Assembly (NCBI GenBank): GCA_012295275.1 | Contig: CM022666.1 | Span: forward strand, 14,570,001 to 14,634,000 | Direction: 5' to 3' | Length of the DNA stretch: 64,000 bases | Source: Chrysomallon squamiferum | Lineage: Eukaryota; Animalia; Mollusca | Shown here: in pieces, positions 16,640 through 38,422 of the stretch | Position numbering within the stretch: position 1 is the stretch's first letter | How the letters are laid out: each line of letters opens with the position of its first letter | Made by a program: the position numbers and the translations under genes | The notes under the pieces: generated by a model | The model's input: only the letters and a program-made list of their open reading frames with translations | Databases searched by the model: none | Told to the model about the DNA's origin: nothing

Positions 16640-16740
16640 GATTCTTCGTGTAATGAGGGGCGATCTCGCGACCTGTCTCACAGTTTTGTCTCCGATCTGT
16701 GATTGAACACGCTCCGTATTTGTGTCCGTCGAGTCGAAAT
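16640..16740 (+). promoter_or_regulatory. Putative core promoter / first non-coding exon region of TRIM A
   Basis: CpG-containing block gagggGCGATCTCGCGAcctgtctcacagttt ~750 bp upstream of the coding-exon acceptor, conserved in B (~25140-25240) and C (~46510-46610). A separate 5' exon is implied by the acceptor at 17432-17433. Confidence 0.4.
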
Positions 16741-17046
16741 TGTTTTACTCCTTAACAAATTGTTGTAATGATTTTCTTTGTTCTTTTCTTTATCTAACTT
16801 TTTTCTTTCTTCGGTGTTATGATAACGAAGAAGGAAGTTCTGATTTTCACCTCATAAACGTTCGAAATTTGTTAACTATGAAAATATTGTTTGATTCATC
16901 AAATTTTGATAACTGGTAACTCGTGGATATAAAAGAAAATATTAATTCGGTCTTACATACTAGACAAAGGAATCATAAATTTAAAGTTTTGTGAAATTCA
17001 TATAAATCGAAAAAAAAAAAAATAAAAAAAAAAAAAAAAAAAAAAA

Positions 17047-17085
<39 letters not shown>

Positions 17086-17336
17086 ATTAATAAATATATA
17101 AATAAGTAGATAAAAATATGGAATAAAAATAAGTTTTTATGATGTAGTAAAGCTATAACTATTTTTCAGAAATACGATTCTTAATTTTCTTTTCTCATCG
17201 TTATCGTTGATGTTGTTGTTAGTCCATTCATTTCTTTATCTCTTATTCTTACTGTTATTGTTATCCATCAACGGAATCAGTGCTAATTATAAAAGCAAAT
17301 CGGTTTCTTCAGTTCTTAAATGCTTCCTCAGTAAAT

Positions 17337-17396
<60 letters not shown>

Positions 17397-17472
17397 CAAA
17401 TCAATATCAGCAATAATGATTTTAATTTTACAGTGGGATCAACACACTCATAAACAGAGACTCTGTTGTACG

Positions 17473-18589
17473 ATGGCTGAAAAAGCGGTTGTACCACTTT
17501 TAGAGCTAAAAGAAGAGTTTGCTACTTGTAATAAATGTGAGGAATCGTTTGATGAGGAAGATAAATGTCCACGTATACTGCCGTGTTATCACACTTTCTG
17601 TAGAAAGTGTCTCTTTGATATCTGGAACAATTCACAACATGGACTTGAATGTCCTAGTTGTAGAAAGAAGTGGCCTGTTAACAACTCCATAGAACAGTCG
17701 TTTGAGCGAAACCGAATTCTAAGTAATTTAGTGGAGTATCTGAACATGAAGAACAAGCCTGAACAGTTATTGTGTCAATTCTGTGAAAAACGATCTAAAG
17801 CAACACACTGGTGCCAGGATTGTGACAAGTATTTTTGTGATGAATGTTTACGGATTCACAAGCAAATTCCAGTCCTAAAGCGACATAAAATGATTCCTTT
17901 AACAGAGCTGTGTCAGATGACTGCAGATGAATATTTTCTTCAGCAGAAAGAGTTGTGTAAAGTTCATGACAATATGAAACTTGATCTGTTTTGTAAACAG
18001 TGCTGGTCAGCTCTCTGTTCTTCTTGTGTTCATGTTTCTCACAGAGATCACGACATCTGTAACCTTGACGACATTCACGAAGAGAAGAAACATTTCATCA
18101 CAACAGAATTAAACAAGTTACAAGCCTCAAAAGACGTTTCAGAACAACATAGCATAAAACTGAAGCAAGAAAACACAACACTGGATACACACGAAGCACC
18201 TCTCTTGAAAACAATTGATGACTCGTATGACACAGTTATAGGAAAATTATCGGAGAAAAAGGAGCAGATGAAACAAGATGTTGTTTCCAATATAGCCAAA
18301 CAGAAAGCTGTGCGAGATGAACAGATAAAAGTGATTGCCGAGTCACAAAGTGAAAAGAACGATCACGTTCTGTACTGTCAACAGGCGATGCAGTTTGCAA
18401 GAGGTGGAGAGTTTCTACAGATGTGTGAATCTCTAGAACAAAGGATTCAGTCTCTAACTGAAAGTCTACAGCTGGTTGATGTTCCCATGCAGCAAATCAC
18501 CTTGGACGACACGTTTGATGAAGTCAACAAAGTGTTGGAGAGAAGTGTTACTTTGTATGATGGCATAATTTTCAAGGAGGACGATACAG
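17473..18589 (+). CDS. TRIM E3 ubiquitin ligase copy A, coding exon 1 (RING C3HC4, B-box1, B-box2, coiled coil)
   Basis: Acceptor ttttacag|t at 17433 and ATG at 17473 (MAEKAVV). RING CNKC..CYHTFCRKC..CPSC; B-box1 CQFC..CQDC..CDEC..H..H; B-box2 CKVH..CKQC..CSSC..HRDH; heptad-rich region. Donor ACAG|GTATGA at 18590, phase 1. Confidence 0.93.
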
Positions 18590-19776
18590 GTATGAATTTT
18601 AATGCTAATGATAATAATAAATGTGAAGGTAGGGAAACTGCTGGATGTGACCGAAACGAATTCGTTTTGTTTGGTAGTTAATATTTTCCTTCAGATTATT
18701 TTGATTAAAAAAATATATATGTATTGTTAGTGAACACCGGAACATGAAATTTTGTTTTTGGTATTTCCTCGCAACATCATGTATAATACATCTATTTTTA
18801 GCCTGACATTGCAAACGCTTATGTTTCAGCCGCCAAAAACGCAATGACGTTAGATAATGTGTTAGAAGAAGTTCACTGAAAATATTCCGGTCTGTTTATT
18901 CAATGTACTGGTTACTTATTAAACGGTCTGAAAGGAAACAGTTCAAACTGTCATACCGACATGATAACAAAATTCAACCGGTGCGCATGCGTGATATACA
19001 CTGAGTCGTTGACTAATGCGGCAATATTCTCGTGATGAAAGTAGAAATATAGTTGTTCTATGAACTTTTTCTACAAATATCTTTGAAATTATAAAACAGG
19101 GCTGCATCGTGAATGTCAAATGAGATGAATAACGGACACCTACCAGTAAAAGAATGCTACTAAATGTAAGAGATATAAATACGATCTTTAATAATAACTG
19201 TAACCAGTTTCCTAATGTGTTATACTGCTTTAATGCATAATTGTGGAAAAGAAAACAAGAGTTTGGTTTTTTCTCCAAACAATTTTTGATTAATATTAGT
19301 TAGATGTTGATCGGCATCGCATAAATTTTATTTTGTGTATAAAACAATTTCGAGGTACATACATAGCTTTACACTGATTACAACGTTAATTTGAGACTAT
19401 ACAGCAACTGAATAATAAAAAGGTAAGTTATTATTACGGTTACTACGGTAGATTTTATTTCTACGTAAGCTGACCTACTTATAACATCGAGTCGCGTGTC
19501 TTGTCTGGTTCGAGCACATTTTGAAAAGCGAACATCGAGGCGTTATTTTTCATTGTTAACAGGTTCACAAATTTTGAATGAATTTATAGATTTTGTATAG
19601 ATAAGTAGATAAAGTGTTTTCAGTTTAATTAGGTAGTTAATATTTTAATAGTTCTGTCATTCAGTATTTTTATTTTTCACACTTCTATTCCTAATTTGTA
19701 AAGTAATAAAATGTTATACTACTAATTTTTCATTTTGTAAAGACATTACTAGTATTACTTCTGATTTTACAGTTGT

Positions 19777-19853
<77 letters not shown>

Positions 19854-19860
19854 TTTACAG

Positions 19861-19938
19861 AATCACCTGAAACAAGAAAACTTCTGTGTTTAAAACCTGA
19901 ACCTGACAGTGACAGAGGAATCTACAGAGAAGTTTCAT
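19861..19938 (+). CDS. TRIM copy A, 78-bp linker micro-exon
   Basis: tttacag|...|gtaagt, phase 1-1 and open: ESPETRKLLCLKPEPDSDRGIYREVS. Conserved with both splice sites in copy B. Confidence 0.8.
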
Positions 19939-20265
19939 GTAAGTAACAACTTTTTTATTTATTTACTTCTAAATATAACAATGATGATAAAAATACATGA
20001 TGATAATGTTGATAAAGACAACAATAATAATAACAATAAATAATCTTTAAAAAAAAAAAAATTATCAGTTGTGTATATTGAAAGTAAACAACATTATAAT
20101 AAAATTTAAATGTAGAAAGAAATTATTTTAATAAAACATTTTATTTATTTACTTTCATTTTTTAAGTGTAAAAACACAAGTTTTAAAATTGTATTTGATT
20201 GTTAACAATTGTATAAAGTGACAGTGTAAAAGTGAAATATTTAACAACATATTTTATTTTCACAG

Positions 20266-20906
20266 TGACTCCAATGAAGTTTTCAGAAAAAACACTAAAT
20301 TGGAAGAGATGTTGTATTAATGAAAACAAGGAATTAGTTAACAAAAGATCTGTAGAAGAAAACCAAAATGAAGACAGGATGAAAGTTATGAGAGGAGTAA
20401 CAGGTGACATAAGTTTTACAGAAAACAAATGTTACATTTGGGAAAGTAAAATAACCTGTCACATTTTAGAAAGTGCAAAACTGAATATAGTAGCAGCTCA
20501 GATTGGAGTCTGTGAGGAGAGACATTGTGATGAGGAAATTGATAAAAATAAACATGCTTGGTGTGTTAGTTTTATCAGCTGTAAAAATCACAACAAAATG
20601 TGTTTTTATGTTCATTCCTGTGGTGAAGGTAAGTGTCATAGTCCAGTGTGTGACTATAAAACAAACACACTAGTCCACACATCACTTACACTAGTACTAG
20701 ACAGAGAAAACAAAAAACTGCACATAATAAACACAGACACTAACACACTTGTACACACACTGACTGATGTTGACGTGTCACAACCGTTGATACCTGTGTT
20801 TGCTGTTTACAGTTCACCTAGTTTTGATGTGAAAGTGAAAATTTTACCTGATTTATCAAAGAATTCCACTTTGCTCAAACTGATCTCTTCTTTAATCTGC
20901 CCATAA
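20266..20906 (+). CDS. TRIM copy A, last coding exon: divergent SPRY/B30.2-like domain
   Basis: Acceptor attttcacag|tg in phase 1, matching the upstream exons. Motifs YIWE, QIGV, HAWCV, LVLD...LHIIN...LVHT and PLIPVF parallel the SPRY consensus. Spliced CDS 1117+78+641=1836 nt, 611 aa. Confidence 0.85.
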
Positions 20907-21071
20907 AGTAAAATTATTTAACAAAACAGTAATTACTTTAAAAACAAACAACAAAAGTAAATTTGTAAAGTAAATAACTGTCTGTCTGTCTGTTATTGTT
21001 TATCTCTGTACTATATTTAAATAAACTAAATATAAATATTCTCAGTGACAAACACAGGCTATCAGTGTCAT

Positions 21072-21109
<38 letters not shown>

Positions 21110-21801
21110 ACACACATACACATATTTATACACACATATAGATGCACACACAGACATACAGATGTACACACACACACATGGACTATTACACTTACTATCT
21201 AAATTATTTGTAAAAGTAATAAATTTAGTAAATTTTCAGTTTTAAATCTCATTAGAAGTAATCCTCAGTCTACAGTGTCTCTCTACACCTCCACTCCATG
21301 TTGACTATCTAGTCTACTTTGTTAATTAGTTAACTCTTTATGTGCTGTGTACCTGTGTTTTTGTGAAGAGTAAATTAACTGTTTGAACACATTACACTGT
21401 ATTACAATACACGTGTAACAGGTAAATGTTTCACTTTATATTTCTGATTTAAACTGAAATGAAGTTTTTATTTTAAACACTTAAACTGTGATTTCATTTA
21501 AATAATGAGTGAAATGAGACTAGAATTTACATAGTTTTTTATTAGAATGAATTGCTGATCTCATATTTCATATATTTATTGTTACTGCAGTAAATTATGA
21601 CAATAGTAATGTTTTGTGAAATCTGTGGATATTGTGCAATGTGACATTACTGAATTTTGTGCTTTATTTAACAGAAGAAATTTCAAAAAAAAAAATTGTT
21701 GAATTTTTTTTTATTTAATGCTTTTTAATTTGATGTCAGAATTATTGACTGATTTAAAAAAAAAAAAATAATAAAAATGTGATATTCTAAAAACTGATTT
21801 T

Positions 21802-22001
21802 NNNNNNNNNNNNNNNNNNNNNNNNNNNNNNNNNNNNNNNNNNNNNNNNNNNNNNNNNNNNNNNNNNNNNNNNNNNNNNNNNNNNNNNNNNNNNNNNNNN
21901 NNNNNNNNNNNNNNNNNNNNNNNNNNNNNNNNNNNNNNNNNNNNNNNNNNNNNNNNNNNNNNNNNNNNNNNNNNNNNNNNNNNNNNNNNNNNNNNNNNNN
22001 N
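21802..22001. other. Assembly gap (200 N)
   Basis: Run of N. The round length suggests a scaffold join of unknown true size. Confidence 1.
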
Positions 22002-22077
22002 CTTATCAATACTGTCATCATGTATTTTTATCATCATTATTATATTTAGAAGTAAATAAATAAAAATTGTTACTTAC

Positions 22078-22155
22078 ATGAAACTTCTCTGTGGATTCCT
22101 CTGTGACTGACAGGTTCAGGTTTTAAACACAGAAGTTTTGTTGTTTCAGGTGAAT
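22078..22155 (-). CDS. TRIM copy B, 78-bp linker micro-exon
   Basis: AG/GTAAGT boundaries on the minus strand; DSPETTKLLCLKPEPVSHRGIHREVS. The downstream SPRY-like exon would lie in or beyond the gap. Confidence 0.78.
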
Positions 22156-22172
22156 CTGTAAATATTATTGTA

Positions 22173-22206
<34 letters not shown>

Positions 22207-23345
22207 ATTATTATTATTAATTTATTATTATTATTATTGTTGTTAATATTATTATTATTATTATTATTAATTTATTATTATTATTATTATAACAACTGTA
22301 AAATCAGAAGTAATACTAGTACTGTCTTTACAAGGAAAAATTAGTAGTAACACTTTTTATTACTTTACAAATTAGGAATAGAAGTGTGAAAAATAAAAAT
22401 ACTGAATGATAGAACTATTAAAATATTAATTACCTAATTAAACTGAAAACACGTTATCTACTTTTCCATAAAAAATCTATAAATTCCTTCAAAATTTGTA
22501 GAAATAAAATCTACCGTAGTAACCGTAATAATAACTTACTTTTCATTATTCAGTTGCTGTATATTTTCAAATTAACGTTGTAATCAGTGTAAAGCTATGC
22601 ATGTACCTTGAAATTGTTTTTATACAAAAAAAAAAATTTTATGCGATGCCGATCAGCATCTAACTAATATTAATCAAAAATTGTTTGGAGTAAAAACCAA
22701 ACTGTTGTTTTTCTTTTCCACAATTATTTATTATGTGTTTCATTTGCTACTGTATTGAAGCCAAAGTTGTATAACACATTAGGAAACCTGTAACAGTTAT
22801 TATTAAAGATCGTATTTATATCTCTTACATTGAGTAATATTCTTTTACTGGTAGATGTTCACCATAGGACATTCACTATGCAGACCTGTTTTATAATTTC
22901 AAAGTTATTTGTAGGCAATGTTCATAGAACAACTATATTTCCGACTCAGTGTATATCAACGCATGCGCACCGGTTGAATTTTGTTATCATGTCGGTATGA
23001 CAGTTTGAACTGTTTTCTTTCAGACCGTTTAATAAGTAACCAGTACATTGAATAAATAGACCGGAATATTTTCAGTGAACTTGTTCTAACACATTATCTA
23101 ACGAAATTGCTTTTTTGGCGGCTGTAACATAAGCGTTTGCAGTGTCAGGCTAAAAATAGATGTATTACACATGATGTTGCGGGTAAATACCAAAAATCAA
23201 AACGTTCACTAACAACATATATCTTTTTAATAAAAATAATCTGCAGGAAAATATTATCTACAAAAGAAAACGAATTCGTTTGTGTGAGATATAATAGCTT
23301 CCCTACCTTCACACTTATTATTATCATTATCATTAAAGTTCATAC

Positions 23346-24462
23346 CTGTATCTTCCTCCTTGAAAATTATGCCATCATACAAAGTAACACTTCTCTCGAA
23401 CACTTTGTTGACTTCATCAAACGTGTCGTCCAAGGTGATTTGCTGCATGGGAACATCAACCAGCTGTAGACTTTCAGTTAGAGACTGAATCCTTTGTTCT
23501 AGAGATTCACACATCTGCAGAAACTCTCCACCTCGTGCAAACTGCATCGCCTGTTGACAGTACAGAACATGATCGTTCTTTTCACTTTGTGACTCGGCAA
23601 TCACTTTTATCTGTTCATCTCGCACAGCTTTCTGTTTGGCTATATTGGAAGCAACATCTTGTTTCATCTGATCCTTTCTCTCTGATAATTTTGCTATGAC
23701 TGTATCGTACGAATCATCAATTGTTTTCAAGAGTTGTGCTTCGTGTGTATCCAGTGTTGTATTTTCTTGCTTCAGTTTTATGCTGTGTAGTTCTGAAACG
23801 TCTTTTGAGGCTTGTAACTTGTTTAATTCTGTTGTGATGAAATGTTTCTTCTCTTCGTGAATGTCGTCAAGGTTACAGATGTCGTGATCTCTGTGAGAAA
23901 CATGAACACAAGAAGAACAGAGAGCTGACCAACACTGTTTACAAAACAGATCAAGTTTCATATTGTCATGAAATTTACACAACTCTTTCTGCTGAAGAAA
24001 ATATTCATCTGCAGTCATCTGACACAGCTCTGTTAAAGGAATCATTTTATGTCGCTTTAGGACTGGAATTTGCTTGTGAATCCGTAAACATTCATCACAA
24101 AAGTACTTGTCACAATCCTGGCACCAGTGTGTTGCTTTAGACTGTTTTTCACAGAATTGACACAATAACTGTTCAGGCTTCTTCTTCATGTTCAAATACT
24201 CCACTAAATTACTTAAAATTCTGTTTCGCTCAAACGACTCTTCTATGGAATTGTTAACAGGCCACGTTTTTCTACAACTAGGACATTCAAGTCCATGTTG
24301 TGAATTGTTCCAGATATCAAAGAGACACTTTGTACAGAAAGTGTGATAACACGGCAGTATACGTGGACATTTATCTTCCTCATCAAACGATTCCTCACAT
24401 ATACTACAAGTAGCAAACTCTTCTTTTAGCTCTAAAAGTGGTACAACCGCTTTTTCAGCCAT
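23346..24462 (-). CDS. TRIM E3 ubiquitin ligase copy B, coding exon 1 (RING, B-box1, B-box2, coiled coil)
   Basis: Intact 1117-nt paralogue of the A exon (~16 aa differences in 372 by hand count) with the same acceptor, ATG and ACAG|GTATGA donor. Confidence 0.9.
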
Positions 24463-24538
24463 CTTACAACAGAGTGTCTGTTTATGAGTGTGTTGATCCC
24501 ACTGTAAAATTAAAATCATTATTGCTCATATTGATTTG

Positions 24539-24586
<48 letters not shown>

Positions 24587-26127
24587 ATTTACTGAGGAAA
24601 CATTTAAAAACTGAAGAAACCGATTTGCTTTTATAATTAGCACTGATTCCTTTGGTGGATAACAATAACAGTAAGAATAAGAGATAAAGAAATAAATGGA
24701 CTAACAACAATATCAACGATAACGATGAGAAAAGAAAATTAAGTATCGTATTTCTGAAAAATAGTTATAGCTTTACTACATCATAAAAACTTGTCTTTTA
24801 TTCCATATTTGTATTTTCTTATTTATATATTTATTAATTTATTTATTTTCTTCTTCTTATTATTATTATTATTATTTTTTTTTTTTTCGAATTATATGAA
24901 TTTCACAAAACTTTAAATTTATGATTCGTTTGTCTAGTATGTAAGACCTAATTAATATTTTCTTTTATATCCACGAGTTTGATGAATCAAACAATATTTT
25001 CACAGTTAACAAATTTCGAACGCTTATGAGGTGAAAATCAGAACTTCCTTCTTCGTTATCATAACACCAAGTAAAGAAAAAAGTTAGATAAAGAAAAGAA
25101 CAAAGAAAATCATTACAACAATTTGATAAGGAGTAAAACAATTTCGACTCGACGGACACAAATATGGAGCGTGTTCAATCACAGATCAAAGACAAAACTG
25201 TGAGACAGGTCGCGAGATCGCCCCTCATTACACGAAGAATCAGACTTTATCTCTTTACGGGTTTATGAAAGAACTATGTATTTTCGTGTTTATGGGAAAG
25301 CGCATATAAAATATATATTACTGCTAGTAAGAGTAGTTTTTGTTGTAACGACAGCTACTTTATTTTCTTACTTGAATAAAAACAGCTTAACAGAAATCTG
25401 TGTAAGTTTACAAAATTGAATTAATGTGACGCATGACAATAACAATAATAACAACAAATTTTACAACAACAATAATAATAACAATGATTTCAATAACAAC
25501 TAAAACAACAATACCAATAACATCACTACTGCTAGTAGTAATAGTAGAAACAATAATATAACAATAAGAACTTTATTTTATCTGTGGAAGACGTATATAA
25601 AACTTAGCTTATTTCTGATAGTAGATTTTACAGTAAGGACAACGACTTTCATTTGTTACATCACTAAACACAATATAACAGAAATCAGAGTAAATCTACA
25701 AACCTGCATTAATATGGTGCTAATAATAAAGTAAAATCATCGTCATGTTTAACAACTGCTACAACTACAACAGCCACAATAATAATATAAAGAAAAAAAA
25801 CTGATCTTACCTAAGTCAAGATTCAGTGTTGTTTTAAGATAAAGTTGACAGTTATTTTCTTTTAAGCTTCAACTCAGATTCGATCCTTCGTCCTTTTTAT
25901 ATCAAGCCTGCACAAATAGTCCCGAACTGCAGATACCTCAAATCTCCTTATATGGCTTGATTTAACCACTGCGGTAATATTACTACGCCGTGGAACGACT
26001 GTCTTTTAAAGAGGGTCGTAACAACCTTTTGGAGAGAGGAGACCAGACATTTATGCAGTGTTTTGGGGTAAGGCCAAGATATCAAATGTATCAGACACAG
26101 ACACAAACACACACACACACACACACA

Positions 26128-26178
26128 AAATCTCTCGCGGGTCGGATGTGGCCCGCGGACCAAAGTCTTCCGACCCTT
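26128..26178 (-). mobile_element. hAT-Charlie-like MITE terminus (relic)
   Basis: tctcgcgggtcggatgtggcccgcggaccaaagtcttccgaccct. Confidence 0.6.
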
Positions 26179-27119
26179 TTTCATCATATACCTCCCTTGC
26201 TATAAAGACGTGTCTTTACCTGTGTTTGTGTGTAACCAATGATCACTGCTTATTTGAATTGTGAAACTTGAGTGAGTCATCGTAGACTGAACTTTGTCAC
26301 TTCTAGACAGAGCCGCATTATGAAATTTCAAGTCGTGTATACTGTTGTTGGTTTTAGTCAGGACATTATTTTATTTTCTCTTTTTTTCTTTTTTTTTTTT
26401 TCTTTCCTTATTCTTTCCTACTTTTCATATTTATGTTTATTCATTCATTCTAATTTGTTATTTATTCATTTTTATTTATTTATTTATTTATTTATTTACT
26501 TTTACACCTCACTTAAAATTTCAAAGTTTTAATATAAAAATACTAAAAATATTAGCTGTGTGCTTGTGACTTCCTTAAAATTTTTGTGCCGCCACAAACA
26601 AACAATAAATTAATATTTTAATTAATTAATATATACACATAAATAAATACATAAATAGGTACATTTATAGAAATATACAAAAAATAGATAAATACATACA
26701 TATATAAACACACAAACAAATACTAATATTAAAAAATTTAATATGTTGATTTCTCCTTTTTTGATTATTAAACAGACACTGAAGTCTTGATTGTTTTCTT
26801 CTTTAGTTTAACATGCATGGGTCAAACGAATATTTGTTTATGATGTAACCATGGCGATGATCTTTCCTCTTGACTTTGATGTAAGTATAGTCATACTTCG
26901 ATTAACCACGAAGAAACATAAATTATAACGTTTCTTTCAGTCAAACGAGATTTACATAGGTTAAACAACATATAAAACTAAATTTTAAAATTTGTTTGCA
27001 CTGTTAATCTAAGAAGAATGTTTCAAAATTATCTCAGACACACATGTACATACACAAACATCGACATAAACTTGTTTTATTTTCTTTGTGATGTTAAAGA
27101 TTAGTTATATTGTGGTTTA

Positions 27120-36560
<9,441 letters not shown>

Positions 36561-37332
36561 ATTTCAAATAACTGAAATTATAAAAATTATTTTATAAATT
36601 AATTCTAATGCAGATACTTTCTGAGTAAAAAAAAAGTTCTTATAAAAGGGGACAATTTTGAAAAGTAAGTTTTTATTCCTATTCTTGCTTTATTTACTTT
36701 CTATATATATATGTTTGTATGTGATCGTGCGTTTGTCTGTGTGTATGTGTTTGTGTGTGTTTGTGCGTTTATGTTAATGGCTGTATGTATGCATGTGTGT
36801 TTGTAAATGTGTGTACGGATATGTGTATATGAATGTCTGTGTGACTCTGTTTGTATGTGGAAGTGTGTGTTAATATCTGTGTTTGTATTGTGTATGTGAA
36901 TGTGTATATGTGGCTGTGACAGTCAATATATATAATAATCAATTATGCATAATCTCTAAACATTATTTTATACATAATCCATAACACTGTGTCACCTATG
37001 ATTTTGTCTTTGAAATAAAGTTATCCCATCGAATGCATTGTGCATATAACAAGTAGGCAGTTGTTTCAACAGACAGAAAGTGAAACCTAATCTTGATACT
37101 AATCCAAAGAAATGGATAATCAATACATATATATATGTATTTGTTTTGAAAAAGGTAAAGTTCAGTAATTAATCCTTTTTCTGCCGATCATGAATAAAAA
37201 AATATTCATATTGACACATGTATCAATCATAATATTAATAGACAGAATAGCTAATTATGTTCACAATGACTAGTTTGACTTTGTTCCAGCACAGTTACCG
37301 TGAATCAAACATTGTTCTCAACACGTGCATTA

Positions 37333-37418
<86 letters not shown>

Positions 37419-37524
37419 AGTTGTATCTTCAATACTGAGCACCAAACAGGGATTCTAGAAGATCTGAAGGTTTAAAAGAAAAACAACGAAGTTAATGTAA
37501 CAACTGATGTCCAAGTGTTCAGGT

Positions 37525-37588
37525 GGCGGGCCGGACTAAAATCTCTCGCGGGTCGGATGTGGACCGCGGACCAAAGTCTTCCGACCCT
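37525..37588 (-). mobile_element. hAT-Charlie-like MITE terminus (longest relic)
   Basis: ggcgggccggactaaaatctctcgcgggtcggatgtggaccgcggaccaaagtcttccgaccct retains the duplicated GCGGGCCGGA subterminal motif. Confidence 0.65.
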
Positions 37589-38360
37589 TTTTTATCATAT
37601 ACCTCCCTTGCTATAAAGACGTGTCTTTACCTGTGTTTGTGTATAACCAATGATCACTGCTTATTTGAATTATGAAACTTGAGTGAGTCATCGCACACTG
37701 AACTTTGTCACTTCTAGACAGAGCCGCATTATAAAATGTCAAGTGGTGTATACTGTTGTTGGTTTTAGTCAGGACATTATTTTAAGTTATCTTTTTTCTT
37801 CCTTCTTTCCTCCTTGAATACAGATCAGTAGTGCATACTTCAGACTGGTTACTTTCATAATTCTACCCTTGACAGTTATTATATATGTCTCACTGCCACT
37901 GCATTCAGTCACAAAAACAGATAGGAATCATGAGGGATTTTTTATTTCTATTTTTGCTTTTTCTTTTTTCTTTTCTTTTATTATTATTTTTTTATTATTA
38001 TCATTTTTTGTTCATCATTTTTTATTTTATTTTATATTATTTTTGTTCACATTTGTGAGGCTTCGATTAACCGAGATAATTTTCGTATTTTTACTTCAGT
38101 TCAGAGACTCTTTTGTTGTCATTGTAAACCTGAACAAAGTTTCTTTAAACATGTGTTCATCATCCATCTTCCTACACGTATTAACTGGTCATAAAGGGAC
38201 AGTATTCTGTTACTTAAAATATTTTTCTGCTATACAGACGAGTTATCTCACTTGATGATAGTAATTTGTTTTACATTCCGCATTACAAATTTAAACTAGA
38301 GATATAGGAAAGCTACCAATTACTGTTCCATGTCCATTTATTATTATTATTATTACTGAT

Positions 38361-38422
<62 letters not shown>

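Larger units (their letters stand above)
13700..20016. repeat. Segmental duplication arm (TRIM A plus upstream region), inverted copy of 22002-28112 and of ~44000-49355
   Basis: Upstream region, RBCC exon and intron match in reverse complement. For B the match continues through the micro-exon to the gap edge. Confidence 0.9.

Noticed and set aside
17416-17472. ORF-track start MILILQ for TRIM A (likewise 24519 for B and 45998 for C)
   Set aside because: It lies upstream of a good acceptor (ttttacag at 17433) within the (AAT)n intron end. ATG 17473 is the likelier start.
21711-22037. ORFs spanning the N run
   Set aside because: Artefacts of the assembly gap.
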